Assembly (NCBI GenBank): GCA_965225945.1
Contig: CBDDBZ010000039.1
Span: 128,001-192,000, forward strand
Direction of reading: 5' to 3'
Length of the DNA: 64,000 nt
DNA from: Alphaproteobacteria bacterium
GTDB taxonomy: Bacteria > Pseudomonadota > Alphaproteobacteria > GCA-2731375
Positions 53,128 to 62,937 of the stretch are shown here, one piece after another. A program made the translations under genes and the position numbers. The notes under the pieces are model-generated. The model had not been told where the DNA came from, searched no databases, and worked only from the letters and a program-made list of their open reading frames with translations. How positions within the stretch are numbered: position 1 is the first letter of the stretch; every line of letters starts with the position of its first letter.

Positions 53128-53927
53128 AGCACATTCGCCGCATAAAGCCGGCGGGCAAGGTTGCGCGCCATTTCCTCGGCGCTGGCGCCCTGGGCGAATT
53201 CGCAAACGATGTCCTTGGTCGGGATATAGAGGCGCTCGCGTGCCCGCCGCGCGCCCAAGGCACCGACCTCGGCCGCCGCCAAGCCCAAATCCGCCAGGCT
53301 CCAGACCGTGATCGGTTTTCGCGCGGCGCGCATGGTTTCGCGCAAGCTGGCTTTGCGCGGCGGGCCGATTTCGTGCGCAACCGTGACCAGGGCCGGCAAG
53401 GCTGCCTCGACGACTTCGTAGCCGTCCTCGAGCACGCGCTGGACCCGGACCGCGCCGCCCTCGACGGAAACCCCCCGGGCGAAGGTGATCGCGGTCAGGC
53501 CCAGCAATTCGGCGATGGTGCAACCGACCACCCCGGCGTCTAAATCGGCCGCCTGGCGGCCGGTGAAGACGAGATCGACGTCGCCCAGCTTGGCGATGGT
53601 TCGGGCGAGCGGAAGCGCGGTGGTGTAGCTGTCGCCATCCTGGAAGGCCGCGTCCGACAGCAGCACGGCATCGTCCGCGCCGAGCGACAAAGCGGCCTTG
53701 AGCGCCTGGCGGGCGGTCTCCTCGCCCAGGGTGATCACGGTGATCCTCGCCTCGCCCAGCGAGTCGCGAATCCGCAAGCCCGCTTCGATCGCCTGGATGT
53801 CGAAGGGGTTCATGACCGGCGACATGCGCGTGGCGACCGTCATCTTGTTGGTCGCCTCGTCCACCCGAAGCAGGGCGGTGGGCAATTCCGGGTCCTGAAT
53901 CTGCTTCACGCAGACGGCGATGTGCAT
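53124..53927 (-). CDS. etfB: Electron transfer flavoprotein beta subunit
   Basis: IAVCVKQIQDP, MNPFD, GADDAVLLSD, GRQAAD. Confidence 0.92.
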   Translation of the reverse strand: MHIAVCVKQIQDPELPTALLRVDEATNKMTVATRMSPVMNPFDIQAIEAGLRIRDSLGEARITVITLGEETARQALKAALSLGADDAVLLSDAAFQDGDSYTTALPLARTIAKLGDVDLVFTGRQAADLDAGVVGCTIAELLGLTAITFARGVSVEGGAVRVQRVLEDGYEVVEAALPALVTVAHEIGPPRKASLRETMRAARKPITVWSLADLGLAAAEVGALGARRARERLYIPTKDIVCEFAQGASAEEMARNLARRLYAANVL

Positions 53928-53933
53928 GACGGT

Positions 53934-53954
53934 CTAGTGGATTCTATCCACTAG
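53934..53954. repeat. 21-bp CTAG-flanked palindrome, copy 3
   Basis: CTAGTGGATTCTATCCACTAG; supplies the stop of the sulfite oxidase-like gene. Confidence 0.8.
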
Positions 53955-55158
53955 GTTCCACGGTGATGTCCATCGCGACGAGCCCATCGAAATGCTTGCG
54001 TTGGAAATTCCACTCGGTCTGCGGCTGGACGCGGCCGTTTTCGTCGGTGGCGCGGGCCAGGACGGAATAGGCGCCCGGCTTGTCGGCTTTCCAGAGATAG
54101 GACCAGCGGACCCAAAGCCACTTGTCCGGCGCGTATTCGACATGGGCATCGTTCCAGGTCTCGCCGCCATCGAGGCTCACTTCCACGCGGACGACTTTGC
54201 CTTCGCCGCTCCAGGCCATGCCGCGAATCGAATGGGTTCCGACCTCGAGTGGCGAATCCTCGTCGCACGGATACATGATCAGCGTCTTCACGCCCAGCGC
54301 GGTCATCATTTTCTTATTCGGATCGTCCGGCGACGTGCCCGACACGAAGTAATGGGTCTGGTGATAGCAATCGGGCATGTGGTCCATGACCTCGATCTTG
54401 TGAATCCACTTCACCCACCAGTTGCCGGCCCAGCCGGGGACGATTATGCGGACCGGCGCGCCATGCACGTGTTGCAGATATTCACCGTTGTGCGACCAGG
54501 CGAGAATGGTGTCGGGATCCATCGCCTTTTCGATCGGCAGCCCCTTGTCGTAATTGATGATTCCTGGATCGACGACATCAAAATTAGTGCGGCCGACGGA
54601 GCGGTATTGCAGGATGGGATCGGGTCGGCCCTCGTCGAAACCCTCGATGCGGACGGCGACGGCGCTATCGTTGATGCCGGCGCGTCGCAAAACCTCGCCG
54701 AGCGGCACGCCGGTCCATTCGCCGGCGCTGACCAGGCAGGTTGCCGGCGTCGCTTCAACAATGGCGTCGATATCGATCTCATCGCTCGACGGTTCGCTAC
54801 GCCAGGTTCCGAATTCCTCTTGTTTCATGCGCATGGAGGGTTTCGGGTTGTTCGACCTGTCGAGCAAATGGTCGAAAAATTCCCCGTCGTTGCCGGCGCA
54901 TTCGGTAACCGCCCGCACGGTCCGGCCCGGAAGCCTGCGCAGTTCCTCCAGGCTAAATTCGAGGGGGTTCTCGACTTCTCCGAACAGCGAAAAAGTGTAG
55001 TCGTCGGGGTGAATCGGGTCCGGCATCTGCAACTGCGTGACGATGTAGGAAACATCGGTCGGTGTGATCAGCCCCTCGAGATCCAGCACCGGTGAGTCGG
55101 ACCCGATTTCCTTGGACACAGAATTGGCTTAATCGAAGTGTCCAAGGAGGACCGGAAC

Positions 55159-55569
55159 ATGACCGACAATTTTGAGAACAAAGTTGCTGTTGATGGGCCT
55201 GTGGTAAACGAGGGCGAGCTTGGCTCGTCCACGTTTTCCCCGGGCCAGGTTTCGCCGGCAGGCCCGCTGGGACTTGGCCAGCGGTGGACGGTGACGCGCA
55301 AGCGTGAGGTTGCCCTGCGGCTTTTGCGTGGCGAGCCGGTGGAACTTTTGTCGCGGCAGTTGGGCGTGGAGATTTTCCGGCTCGAGCAGTGGCGTGAGAA
55401 GGCGATCGCCGGGATCGATGCCTCGCTCAAGGAACGCAAGGGCGATCCGGTAAAGGCGGAACTGGACATCGCCATGAAGCGGATCGGGGAGTTGATCATG
55501 CAGGTGGAACTGCTGGAGGCCAAGACGGAGACGTCCGGCCCTTTGGGGCGGCGGAGGTCGCGGCGATGA
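55159..55569 (+). CDS. IS OrfA (HTH plus coiled coil)
   Basis: RWTVTRKREVALRLLRGE..LSRQLGV..W; AAGGAGG RBS. Confidence 0.85.
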   Translation: MTDNFENKVAVDGPVVNEGELGSSTFSPGQVSPAGPLGLGQRWTVTRKREVALRLLRGEPVELLSRQLGVEIFRLEQWREKAIAGIDASLKERKGDPVKAELDIAMKRIGELIMQVELLEAKTETSGPLGRRRSRR

Positions 55570-56477
55570 GTGCCGCCACCTCTCCCGGCACGGGTTTGGC
55601 CTACGGCCTCCAGCGGGTCTGTGCGGCCTGGGGTTTTGCCCGTTCCTCGTTCTACGCCATGAAATCCCGGCAGCAGGCCACCGCTGAGCGCCCACCAGCA
55701 AAGCGCCGGGGACCGAAGCCCTCGATCTCGGACGAGGCTCTGCTGGTGGCCATCGAGGCCGACCTGGAGGCATCCCCCTGGGAGGGCGAGGGACACCGCA
55801 AGGTCTGGGCTCGGCTTCGGGTCTGTCGTGGCATCCGTGTTTCCCGCAAGCGGGTGCTCCGGGTGATGCGCGAGAACAACCTGCTCTCGCCCCATCGCTG
55901 CCGCCGCCGTGGCGGAAATCCCCATGTCGGTGAGATCATCACCCATGCCCCCAACCTCATGTGGGGCACGGACGGCGTTCGGGTGTTCACGGTGGACGAC
56001 GGCTGGGGCTGGATATTCACCGCCATCGAGCATTGGAACGCCGAGTGCGTCGGCTGGCATGTGTGCAAGCGAGGCGACCGCTTCGCCGCCCTTCAGCCGG
56101 TCTCCATGGGGCTTGCGAGGCTGTATGCCTCGACCTCCGCCGGTGCGGCGCGGGGGCTGGCCTTGCGGATGGATCACGGCTCCCAGTATCTGTCGGACCA
56201 CTTCACCAACCAGATCAAGTTCTGGGGCATCCAGCCGTCCTACGCCTTCGTCGAACAGCCCCAGACCAACGGCGTCGCCGAGAGGTTCAATCGCACGCTC
56301 AAGGAACAGATCATCCATGGCCGCATCTACCGCAACATCGCGGAGCTGCGGAACGCCGTCCGCGGGTTCGTCGAACAGTACAATGCCCAGTGGATCGTGG
56401 AGAAGAACGGCTACCTGAGCCCCGCTCAAGCTCGTCAGGCGTGGCACACCGCGATGTCACTCAGGCCCGCCGCATGA
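55566..56477 (+). CDS. IS OrfB, rve integrase-core DDE transposase
   Basis: WGTD, DHGSQY, PQTNGVAERFNRTLKE; ATGA overlap with orfA. Confidence 0.9.
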   Translation: MSAATSPGTGLAYGLQRVCAAWGFARSSFYAMKSRQQATAERPPAKRRGPKPSISDEALLVAIEADLEASPWEGEGHRKVWARLRVCRGIRVSRKRVLRVMRENNLLSPHRCRRRGGNPHVGEIITHAPNLMWGTDGVRVFTVDDGWGWIFTAIEHWNAECVGWHVCKRGDRFAALQPVSMGLARLYASTSAGAARGLALRMDHGSQYLSDHFTNQIKFWGIQPSYAFVEQPQTNGVAERFNRTLKEQIIHGRIYRNIAELRNAVRGFVEQYNAQWIVEKNGYLSPAQARQAWHTAMSLRPAA

Positions 56478-56821
56478 GACAAACTTGTGTCCAAGGAACC
56501 GGGTGCGATACAAGATCCAGCACCGGCGAGCGCGCCATGATGACCCGGCCCTCGGGATCCCGGCTCGGCATCAGCTCGGCCCGCTTGCGATCCGGCCATC
56601 CGTGGACCCAATCGCCTTCCAATTCGTCGTCGGCCATGAGATTTCCCGCCCTTCGTCCAAATCCTCGGCACTTCGGGGTGGGCGCCGCCGTGGGCCGCGC
56701 CGTGTTCTCCCGTTGCCTTCGAGCGAAACTTAGCCAATGCGTCTGTCGAGAACAAACTGAATTGATCGGTTTAGGGACCACATGAATTGACCGCTTCTGT
56801 TGTGGTTGGGCGTGCGAATAC

Positions 56822-58237
56822 GGTGAAGTCCTAGACTTGCTGGGAATTTGGTAGGAGGTGCATCCTTCGAGGTGTCGATTCCCACCCGGGCATGGCTGCG
56901 CGCCAGCCCAGCACAGGAGGCACCTCCATGACGAAGAGACTACCCGGAAGCGAGCGCACGCGTGAAGCCTTGAACGACCTGATCGAAGGGCGCGCCCGCG
57001 TGGTCGACGCGAAGAGTGAATTGGTGCGGTTGGCGACGCGGTTGATCATCGAGGAAGGCTTGGAGGCCGAGGTGCGCGACGCCCTGGGCCGGGACTATTA
57101 CGAGCACGGTTCCGAGCCTGGCCGAGGTTACCGGAACGGTTCGCGCGAAGGTCATCTGAAGACGGCCGAGGGGCGGATCAGGTATGCGGCGCCGCAGGTC
57201 GCCGGGACGGACGAACCGTTCCGTTCGGATCTGCGAGCGCACCTGAAGGGTCATTCCGAGGGCCTGGAGGATTTAGCCGTGGAGATGCTGGCGCGCGGTC
57301 TCTCGGTGCGCGACATCGAAGATGCCTTCAGGGAAGAAAGTGGGCGCTTGCTGCTGTCGCGCACGGCGGTCTCGGAGATGGGGGAGCGGCTCTGGGCGGA
57401 CTACCTCGGCTTCGCCAAGCGCGACCTTAGCGAGTTCGAGATCGCCTACCTCTTCGTCGACGGCATCGCCGAGCGGCTGCGGGCCGGGCAGAGGCGAGAG
57501 CCGGTGCTGGCGGCCTGGGGCTTCACGCTCGAGGGCAAGAAGGTTCTCCTGCATCTGATGGCGGGCTCGAAGGAGGACAACGAGACCGTCTCCGCGTTCT
57601 TCCAGGACATGCGCAGCCGAGGCCTGGGCGATCCTCTCCTGATCGCCTCCGACGGCGCGCCTGGCATTATCAAGGCGATCGAGATTTGTTTTCCCAGGAG
57701 CGCGCGCCAACGCTGCCTCGCGCACCGGATGAGGAACTTGGCGGCGAAGGTGCCCGAGGATCTCTGGCCGGAGTTCAAGGCCCGCGCCCAAGCGGCCTAC
57801 CAGGCCCCCTCGCGCGCCATCGCCCGCGATCTGGCCGAGGGCGTGGTGCGTGACTGGGAGCGCGAGCTGCCCTCGGCGGTGGCCTGTTTCCTGGATGATT
57901 TCGAGGCCTGCATCGCGCACCTGCGCATGCCGGTCAATCACCGCCGGGCGATCCGCACCACCAACCTGCTGGAGAGATTGTTCGGGGAGGAGCGCCGGCG
58001 CTTGAAGATCATCCCCAACGCCTTCGGCGAAAAGGCGGTACTGAAGCTCATGTTCGGTGCCATGAGCCGCGCCGCCGAGCGATGGAAAGCAGTCAAGGTC
58101 ACCGTCTTCGAGCGGCGCCAGATGGACGCCGTCAGGAAGGAACTCGATCAGGAATACCAAGCCCAGCTGGAACTACCAGAACAGGCCTCGACGGAGGCAA
58201 CCCCGGAGAAAATTCCCAGCAGAATCCGGACTTGACC
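56822..58237 (+). mobile_element. IS256-family insertion sequence (1416 bp)
   Basis: Imperfect IRs GGT(G/C)AAGTCC..TGCTGGGAATTT; 9-bp TSD TGCGAATAC at 56813-56821 and 58238-58246. Confidence 0.9.
56928..58235 (+). CDS. IS256-family (Mutator-like) transposase
   Basis: GYRNG, YLFVDG, SDG, QRCLAH, RTTNLLERLFGEERRR; AGGAGG RBS. Confidence 0.93.
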   Translation: MTKRLPGSERTREALNDLIEGRARVVDAKSELVRLATRLIIEEGLEAEVRDALGRDYYEHGSEPGRGYRNGSREGHLKTAEGRIRYAAPQVAGTDEPFRSDLRAHLKGHSEGLEDLAVEMLARGLSVRDIEDAFREESGRLLLSRTAVSEMGERLWADYLGFAKRDLSEFEIAYLFVDGIAERLRAGQRREPVLAAWGFTLEGKKVLLHLMAGSKEDNETVSAFFQDMRSRGLGDPLLIASDGAPGIIKAIEICFPRSARQRCLAHRMRNLAAKVPEDLWPEFKARAQAAYQAPSRAIARDLAEGVVRDWERELPSAVACFLDDFEACIAHLRMPVNHRRAIRTTNLLERLFGEERRRLKIIPNAFGEKAVLKLMFGAMSRAAERWKAVKVTVFERRQMDAVRKELDQEYQAQLELPEQASTEATPEKIPSRIRT

Positions 58238-58374
58238 TGCGAATACGGGTATTCCATTCCTCGATCTCGCGAGCGAGCGCAACGGAAGCGGGGACCACCG
58301 TCTCCGTTTTCCCCGCCAGGTCGATGAAGACCCGGGCCCGCCGTCGCGGCTCGGTGCCCTTGCCGCGGCCCGTC

Positions 58375-58570
58375 TCACGCGGAGCCAGTGTGCTCGCGTT
58401 CCTCGCCGAAGATGTCCTGCACGAACGGCATCGACTTCCAGGCGGGATCCGGCGGCCCGTGGCGCTGGCGCGGTGAAGGGACGGAGCCCTCCTCGAAGGC
58501 CATCTTCGCGATATTGCGTGGGCAGTTGGTGAAGCTGTGATCGGCGCCGGCGCGGATCAGACGCCTCCCG
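58375..58570 (-). pseudogene. C-terminal fragment resembling a PNPOx-like FMN-binding protein
   Basis: Translates LIRAGADHSFTNCPRNIAKMAFEEGSVPSPR..PPDPAWKSMPFVQDIF; no start or N-terminal part. Confidence 0.45.
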
Positions 58571-58632
58571 CCCGCTATGCCGGCGGTCGCAGGCGGCCAT
58601 CCATCAAATCGGCCGGAGCCCGAGTTCCCGAG

Positions 58633-59979
58633 CTAGTCGAAGCCTCGGAACAGGATCGTCGGCAGCCACAGCGAAATCCAGGGAAAGACCAGGAGAGCCG
58701 CGAGCACCACCATGTGCAGGGAGATGAAGGGAACGACGCCCTTATACATGTGTATCAGGGTGATTTCGGGTGGGCTGATGCCGCGCAGATAAAAGATCGC
58801 CGGCGCCATCGGCGGGGTCAGATAGCTGGTCTGGATCATGATCAGAAAACAGATGCAGAACCACACCTTCACCTGGCCGGGATCGAGCCCGGGGAAGGCG
58901 AACCCCGTGATGATCGGTACGGCGATCGGCACGACGATCAGGATCAGCGAGATCAGGTCGAGCACGAAACCCGCGACGAAGGCGATCGCCAACAAGATCC
59001 CCATTGTCCCCCAGCCGGACAGGTTGGCCGCCTCCATCAATTGCTGCGTTCCGATCAGGCCGCCGGCCGCGGTGAAGACGCCCGCGAACATCGTGCCACC
59101 CAGCAGAATCAACAGGATCATGGCGGTGATGATCACGGTCTTGAACAGCGCCTCGCGCAGCACGGCAAAGGTGAGCGTGCGGTAGGCCAAGGTCATGACG
59201 AGCGAGCCGATCGCGCCGCTCGCGGCCGCCTCCGTGGGCGTCGCAAGGCCCGCCAGGATCGTGCCCAGCACGAGAGCGATCAGGCCCATCGGTGGAACCA
59301 GGGCAGTGGCGGTGATCCAAAGCTTCCGCAAGAACGACGGTTCGTCGTCCCGGGGCGGCAGTCGCGGGCCGTCCGCGGGCCGCAGCGTGCAACGCACGAG
59401 GATGTAAACGACGTAGCAACCGGCCAACATCAGCCCGGGAATAATCATGCCGGCGAACAGGTCGCCGATCGAGACATCGGCGACGGGCCCCAGGATGACG
59501 ACGACCACCGACGGCGGAATGATGGTGCCGAGCGATCCACCGGCGCAGATCGTGCCGGAGATCAGCGACTTGTTGTAGGCGTAACGCAGCATCACCGGGA
59601 TCGCCAGCAGGCCGACCACGGTTTCCGTGGCGCCGACGATGCCGGTCGCCGCGGCGAACACTACGCACAGCAGCACCGTGCCCACCGCGAGGCCGCCCGG
59701 CAAGCGGCGGGTCCACATGTGGATCGCCTCGAACAGGCGCTCGGCGACCCCGGAGCGCTCCAGCAGCGAGCCCATGAAGATGAACAACGGTACCGCGCCC
59801 AGCACGTAGTTGGAGGCGACGTCGTCGACCTTGGCCACGAACAGGGAGACCGCCGCGTCGCCGAACCGGATGTAACCGAACACCAGGGCGATGCCCATGA
59901 GCGAGAAGGCGACGGGAAACCCGAGGAAGATCAGCGTCAGCAAACACGGGAACATCAAGAGGGCGAATTCGACGCTCAT
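58633..59979 (-). CDS. TRAP transporter large subunit (DctM)
   Basis: AVPLFIFMG, GGSLGTIIPPS, QTSYLTPPM..IFYLRG. Confidence 0.92.
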   Translation of the reverse strand: MSVEFALLMFPCLLTLIFLGFPVAFSLMGIALVFGYIRFGDAAVSLFVAKVDDVASNYVLGAVPLFIFMGSLLERSGVAERLFEAIHMWTRRLPGGLAVGTVLLCVVFAAATGIVGATETVVGLLAIPVMLRYAYNKSLISGTICAGGSLGTIIPPSVVVVILGPVADVSIGDLFAGMIIPGLMLAGCYVVYILVRCTLRPADGPRLPPRDDEPSFLRKLWITATALVPPMGLIALVLGTILAGLATPTEAAASGAIGSLVMTLAYRTLTFAVLREALFKTVIITAMILLILLGGTMFAGVFTAAGGLIGTQQLMEAANLSGWGTMGILLAIAFVAGFVLDLISLILIVVPIAVPIITGFAFPGLDPGQVKVWFCICFLIMIQTSYLTPPMAPAIFYLRGISPPEITLIHMYKGVVPFISLHMVVLAALLVFPWISLWLPTILFRGFD

Positions 59980-60668
59980 TCGAAGCCTCCCGCCGCGGAC
60001 GGCTCGGGCACGTCACGACCCATCAACACGAGAACGCATTTGCAGATCTCAACCACCGTCTGGATGGTGAGCAGATAGAACCCGAACGTGAAGGTAAACC
60101 GGAACGGCCAGATGATCGGATTCCAGGCCGATTCGCCGGAATTCTCATTCACCTTGTAAGCGTCCAGGAAATATACCCATAGGCCCCATGAACACCAGAC
60201 CAGCATGGGCAGCAGGAAGACGACATAACCCAGGAAGTCGATCAAGGCGCGTTTCTTCAGTGAAACGTGGTCGTACAGGAAGTCCACGCGGATATGGCGC
60301 CGCATTTGCATACAGTACGCGATGGCCAGCATCAGGCTGGTCCCCATCAGCATGTAGGAAACCTCGAACGCCCACGACGTCGGGGCTCTGAAGGCGTAGC
60401 GCGAAACCACTTCGTAGACCATCAGCACCGCCAGCACCGGGACAATGCAGGCGGCAAGCCAACCAAAGCACTTCGTGATCGTCTCGATCGGCCGGATGAA
60501 GACCCAAATATCGCGCCGGATCACGGCCATCACGGCCCCCCCCGCGATGATCGCCACGGTCAGGTAGAATATCCCGACCAACAGCGCCAGGAGCGCGCCG
60601 TAGCCTGCCGGCTTGCCCGAGATGATCAGCGCGTGTGCCTCGGACAGGCTGGTCAGCACTGTTTCCAT
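59976..60668 (-). CDS. TRAP transporter small subunit (DctQ)
   Basis: YEVVSRY.F.APTSW, HIRVDFLY. Confidence 0.9.
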   Translation of the reverse strand: METVLTSLSEAHALIISGKPAGYGALLALLVGIFYLTVAIIAGGAVMAVIRRDIWVFIRPIETITKCFGWLAACIVPVLAVLMVYEVVSRYAFRAPTSWAFEVSYMLMGTSLMLAIAYCMQMRRHIRVDFLYDHVSLKKRALIDFLGYVVFLLPMLVWCSWGLWVYFLDAYKVNENSGESAWNPIIWPFRFTFTFGFYLLTIQTVVEICKCVLVLMGRDVPEPSAAGGFE

Positions 60669-60711
60669 CGCCAGCGACCAAAAATCAGTGAGTGATCAAG
60701 GACATATAGGA

Positions 60712-60738
60712 GGGGGGGGCGCATTGCGGCGCCCCCCC
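60712..60738 (-). other. Intercistronic GC hairpin after the TRAP substrate-binding gene (possible mRNA stabiliser or attenuator)
   Basis: GGGGGGGCGC..GCGCCCCCCC stem; no U-tract. Confidence 0.55.
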
Positions 60739-60763
60739 GCTCGAGATTGACTTCGTTTCCGGA

Positions 60764-61837
60764 TTATTCGTGGATCTTGCCGATCGCCGCGCGGGTGCCC
60801 GGTCCGGAACGCATTTTCGAGTAGACCTGCATGTCCATCTGGAACTTGCGCTGATGGTTCAGCATCTTCTTGAACCAGGCGTTGCCCTCGACCTGTTTGT
60901 CGGCCCAGTCGTTGGCCGCCTGCTGGGCGATTTTGATGAAACTGGGCTCGAGCCGCAGCATCGTATTGCCCAACTTTTCGAACCGCCGGTAAGCACCGAG
61001 GTCCTTGTAGGCATGGTCCCGCCAGTGATCGAAGGTGCTGAGACGCGCGGCCAGCCGGATCATCCCCTGGTCGCGCTCGGAGATCTTGTCCCAGGCTTTC
61101 TTGTTGAACTCGCACTCCTGCACGGCGGAGGGCTGATGGACGCCGGGGAAGATGATGTACTTGGCGATCTTGTGGAAGCCGACCGGCTCGTTGGCCGAAG
61201 GCGAGCTCCACTCAGTGGCGTCGATGACGCCGCGCTCGAGCGCCGCGTACACTTCCGCGCCCGGCAGGATCACCGTGGAGGCCCCGAGGCTGCCGCCGAT
61301 CTCGGCCCAGGCACCGGCGGTGCGCTGCTTGAGACCCTTGTACTCGGCCAGATTGGTGACCTTGCGCTTGGAATGCAGGAAGATCTCCGAGGGGAAGATG
61401 CCGCAAGGTATCGACACCACGCCGAATTTTTCCATGCGGTATTGTTCCCACAGCTTCGCGGCGCCGGCCTCATAGAGCCAGAGGAATTGTTCCTCCTCGG
61501 TCAGGCCACCGGCATAGCCGGCGAAGATTACGGTCGTCCTGTCGATGCCCCAGTCGTAGCCCATCCAGTTGTGACCGGCCTCGGCGACACCGGACTTGAC
61601 GGTTTCGGTCACTTTCAGCGCCTTGCCGAGCGTGCCGGCCGGGAACACCGTGATATTGACCCGGCCGTTGGTCATGAACTTGACCATCTCGGCGAATTCC
61701 TTGGCGTCTTCCAGGAACACGCCACCGCCCCAAGGGGCGGCCATGCTCCACTCCACCGCCTTTGCGGCACCGCCCGATGCCATGAGGCCGGCCCCGAGAA
61801 CGGCACCGACCACCTGCTTCATGAGTTTCGACTTCAT
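60764..61837 (-). CDS. TRAP substrate-binding protein (DctP)
   Basis: Signal peptide; GLKQRTAG, LERGVIDATEW, PGVHQP; GAGG RBS. Confidence 0.9.
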   Translation of the reverse strand: MKSKLMKQVVGAVLGAGLMASGGAAKAVEWSMAAPWGGGVFLEDAKEFAEMVKFMTNGRVNITVFPAGTLGKALKVTETVKSGVAEAGHNWMGYDWGIDRTTVIFAGYAGGLTEEEQFLWLYEAGAAKLWEQYRMEKFGVVSIPCGIFPSEIFLHSKRKVTNLAEYKGLKQRTAGAWAEIGGSLGASTVILPGAEVYAALERGVIDATEWSSPSANEPVGFHKIAKYIIFPGVHQPSAVQECEFNKKAWDKISERDQGMIRLAARLSTFDHWRDHAYKDLGAYRRFEKLGNTMLRLEPSFIKIAQQAANDWADKQVEGNAWFKKMLNHQRKFQMDMQVYSKMRSGPGTRAAIGKIHE

Positions 61838-61974
61838 TCGCCTTACCTCCCCGTGGATCAGAGACACTCCAGATTATGAACCGATTTATCCCAAGTCACT
61901 CGGTTTCCATGGTGATGTTACCCATATTGCGCCGTCATTGGAAAGGTTTTCTGCCTCGGCCTTCCGGCGAAAAG

Positions 61975-62110
61975 CGTGGCTCGGCCGAGCAGGACCTCGC
62001 CGTCGCCGAGCGGCGCACTCGGTGCCTCCACACAGTCGATTTGCCCATCGGTCAGACCCGTCGCGCAGGTGCCGCAGACGCCGGAGCGGCAGGCGAAGGG
62101 CGCCGCCCGC
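61975..62110 (-). pseudogene. Fragment of a plant-type [2Fe-2S] ferredoxin domain
   Basis: Translates APFACRSGVCGTCATGLTDGQID..GEVLLG; the fourth Cys position reads Gly and there is no start. Confidence 0.6.
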
Positions 62111-62160
62111 CCGCATCGCCGAATTGGCCGGGCCTTACCCGGCTCGAAGCGCGCGGCGGA

Positions 62161-62778
62161 TCAGTCCTCGGCGTCGCTCGGTTTGGCCCGCGACCAGGGA
62201 TCGTCGCTCAGCATCGAGAACAGCAGATGGTCGCGCCAGGCGCCGTCGATCCGGAGATATTGCCGGGCCAGCCCCTCCTCGACGAAGCCGACCTGGCGCA
62301 GCACCGCCTTGGAGCGGTCGTTGTGCGCCAGGCAGGCCGCCTCCAGGCGATGCAGACCCAATTCGCCGAAGACGAAAGGCAGCAGCGCGCGAACCGCGTC
62401 GGTCATGTAACCCTGGCCGGCGTGAGGCTTGCCTATCCAGTAGCCGAGCGAGCAGGACTGGGTGACGCCGCGCCGCACGTTGGAGAGCGTGAGACCGCCC
62501 AGGAGCGAATCGTCCTTGCGGCGAAAGACGAAGAAGGCATAGCCCAGCCCTTCCCGCGCGTCGCGGGCGTAGCGCCGCAGCCTGCGGCGATAGGCGTTCC
62601 GGGTCAGCTCGTCGGGCGACCAGGTCGGCTCCCAGGGCGTCAGGAACTCGCGGCTCTCGGCCCTGAGCCGCGCCCACTCGGTCCAATCGATCGGCTGCGG
62701 CGCGCGCAGGTGGACCTTCACGCCTTGCAGGACGTGGGCACCGCCGCCCCAGGGGGGATTGCGCAAAAACGTCGACAC
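62161..62778 (-). CDS. rimJ: RimJ-type GNAT N-acetyltransferase
   Basis: FLTPWEPTW, LGYWIG..GQGYMT, LHRLEAAC, WRDH. Confidence 0.85.
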   Translation of the reverse strand: MSTFLRNPPWGGGAHVLQGVKVHLRAPQPIDWTEWARLRAESREFLTPWEPTWSPDELTRNAYRRRLRRYARDAREGLGYAFFVFRRKDDSLLGGLTLSNVRRGVTQSCSLGYWIGKPHAGQGYMTDAVRALLPFVFGELGLHRLEAACLAHNDRSKAVLRQVGFVEEGLARQYLRIDGAWRDHLLFSMLSDDPWSRAKPSDAED

Positions 62779-62937
62779 GTTCCGCCGGCCTCGCCTAAGT
62801 GTCCGACCGAGAAGTCGCCGTCGGCGACTTATACCTACATCACCGGCCCTCTCCCCGGGCCAACCCAGCCATGCAGATCCCCGCAGGTGTGGTTGGGCCG
62901 GGGAGAGGGCCGGCTTCGGGGGCTTTCGAGTCAGCCT

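Larger units (their letters stand above)
55093..56512 (+). mobile_element. IS3-like two-ORF insertion sequence (1420 bp) with 14-bp TSD
   Basis: TG..CA ends with imperfect ~27-bp IRs (core TTCCTTGGACACA); direct repeat AGATCCAGCACCGG at 55079-55092 and 56513-56526. Confidence 0.9.
53944..56637 (-). pseudogene. Sulfite oxidase-family molybdoenzyme interrupted by the IS at 55093-56512
   Basis: ECAGN, HGAPVRIIVPGW.G..WVKW and RVEVSLDGG; N-terminus MADDELEG..ARSPVLDL (56637-56513) joins SPVLDLEG across the TSD. Confidence 0.85.
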
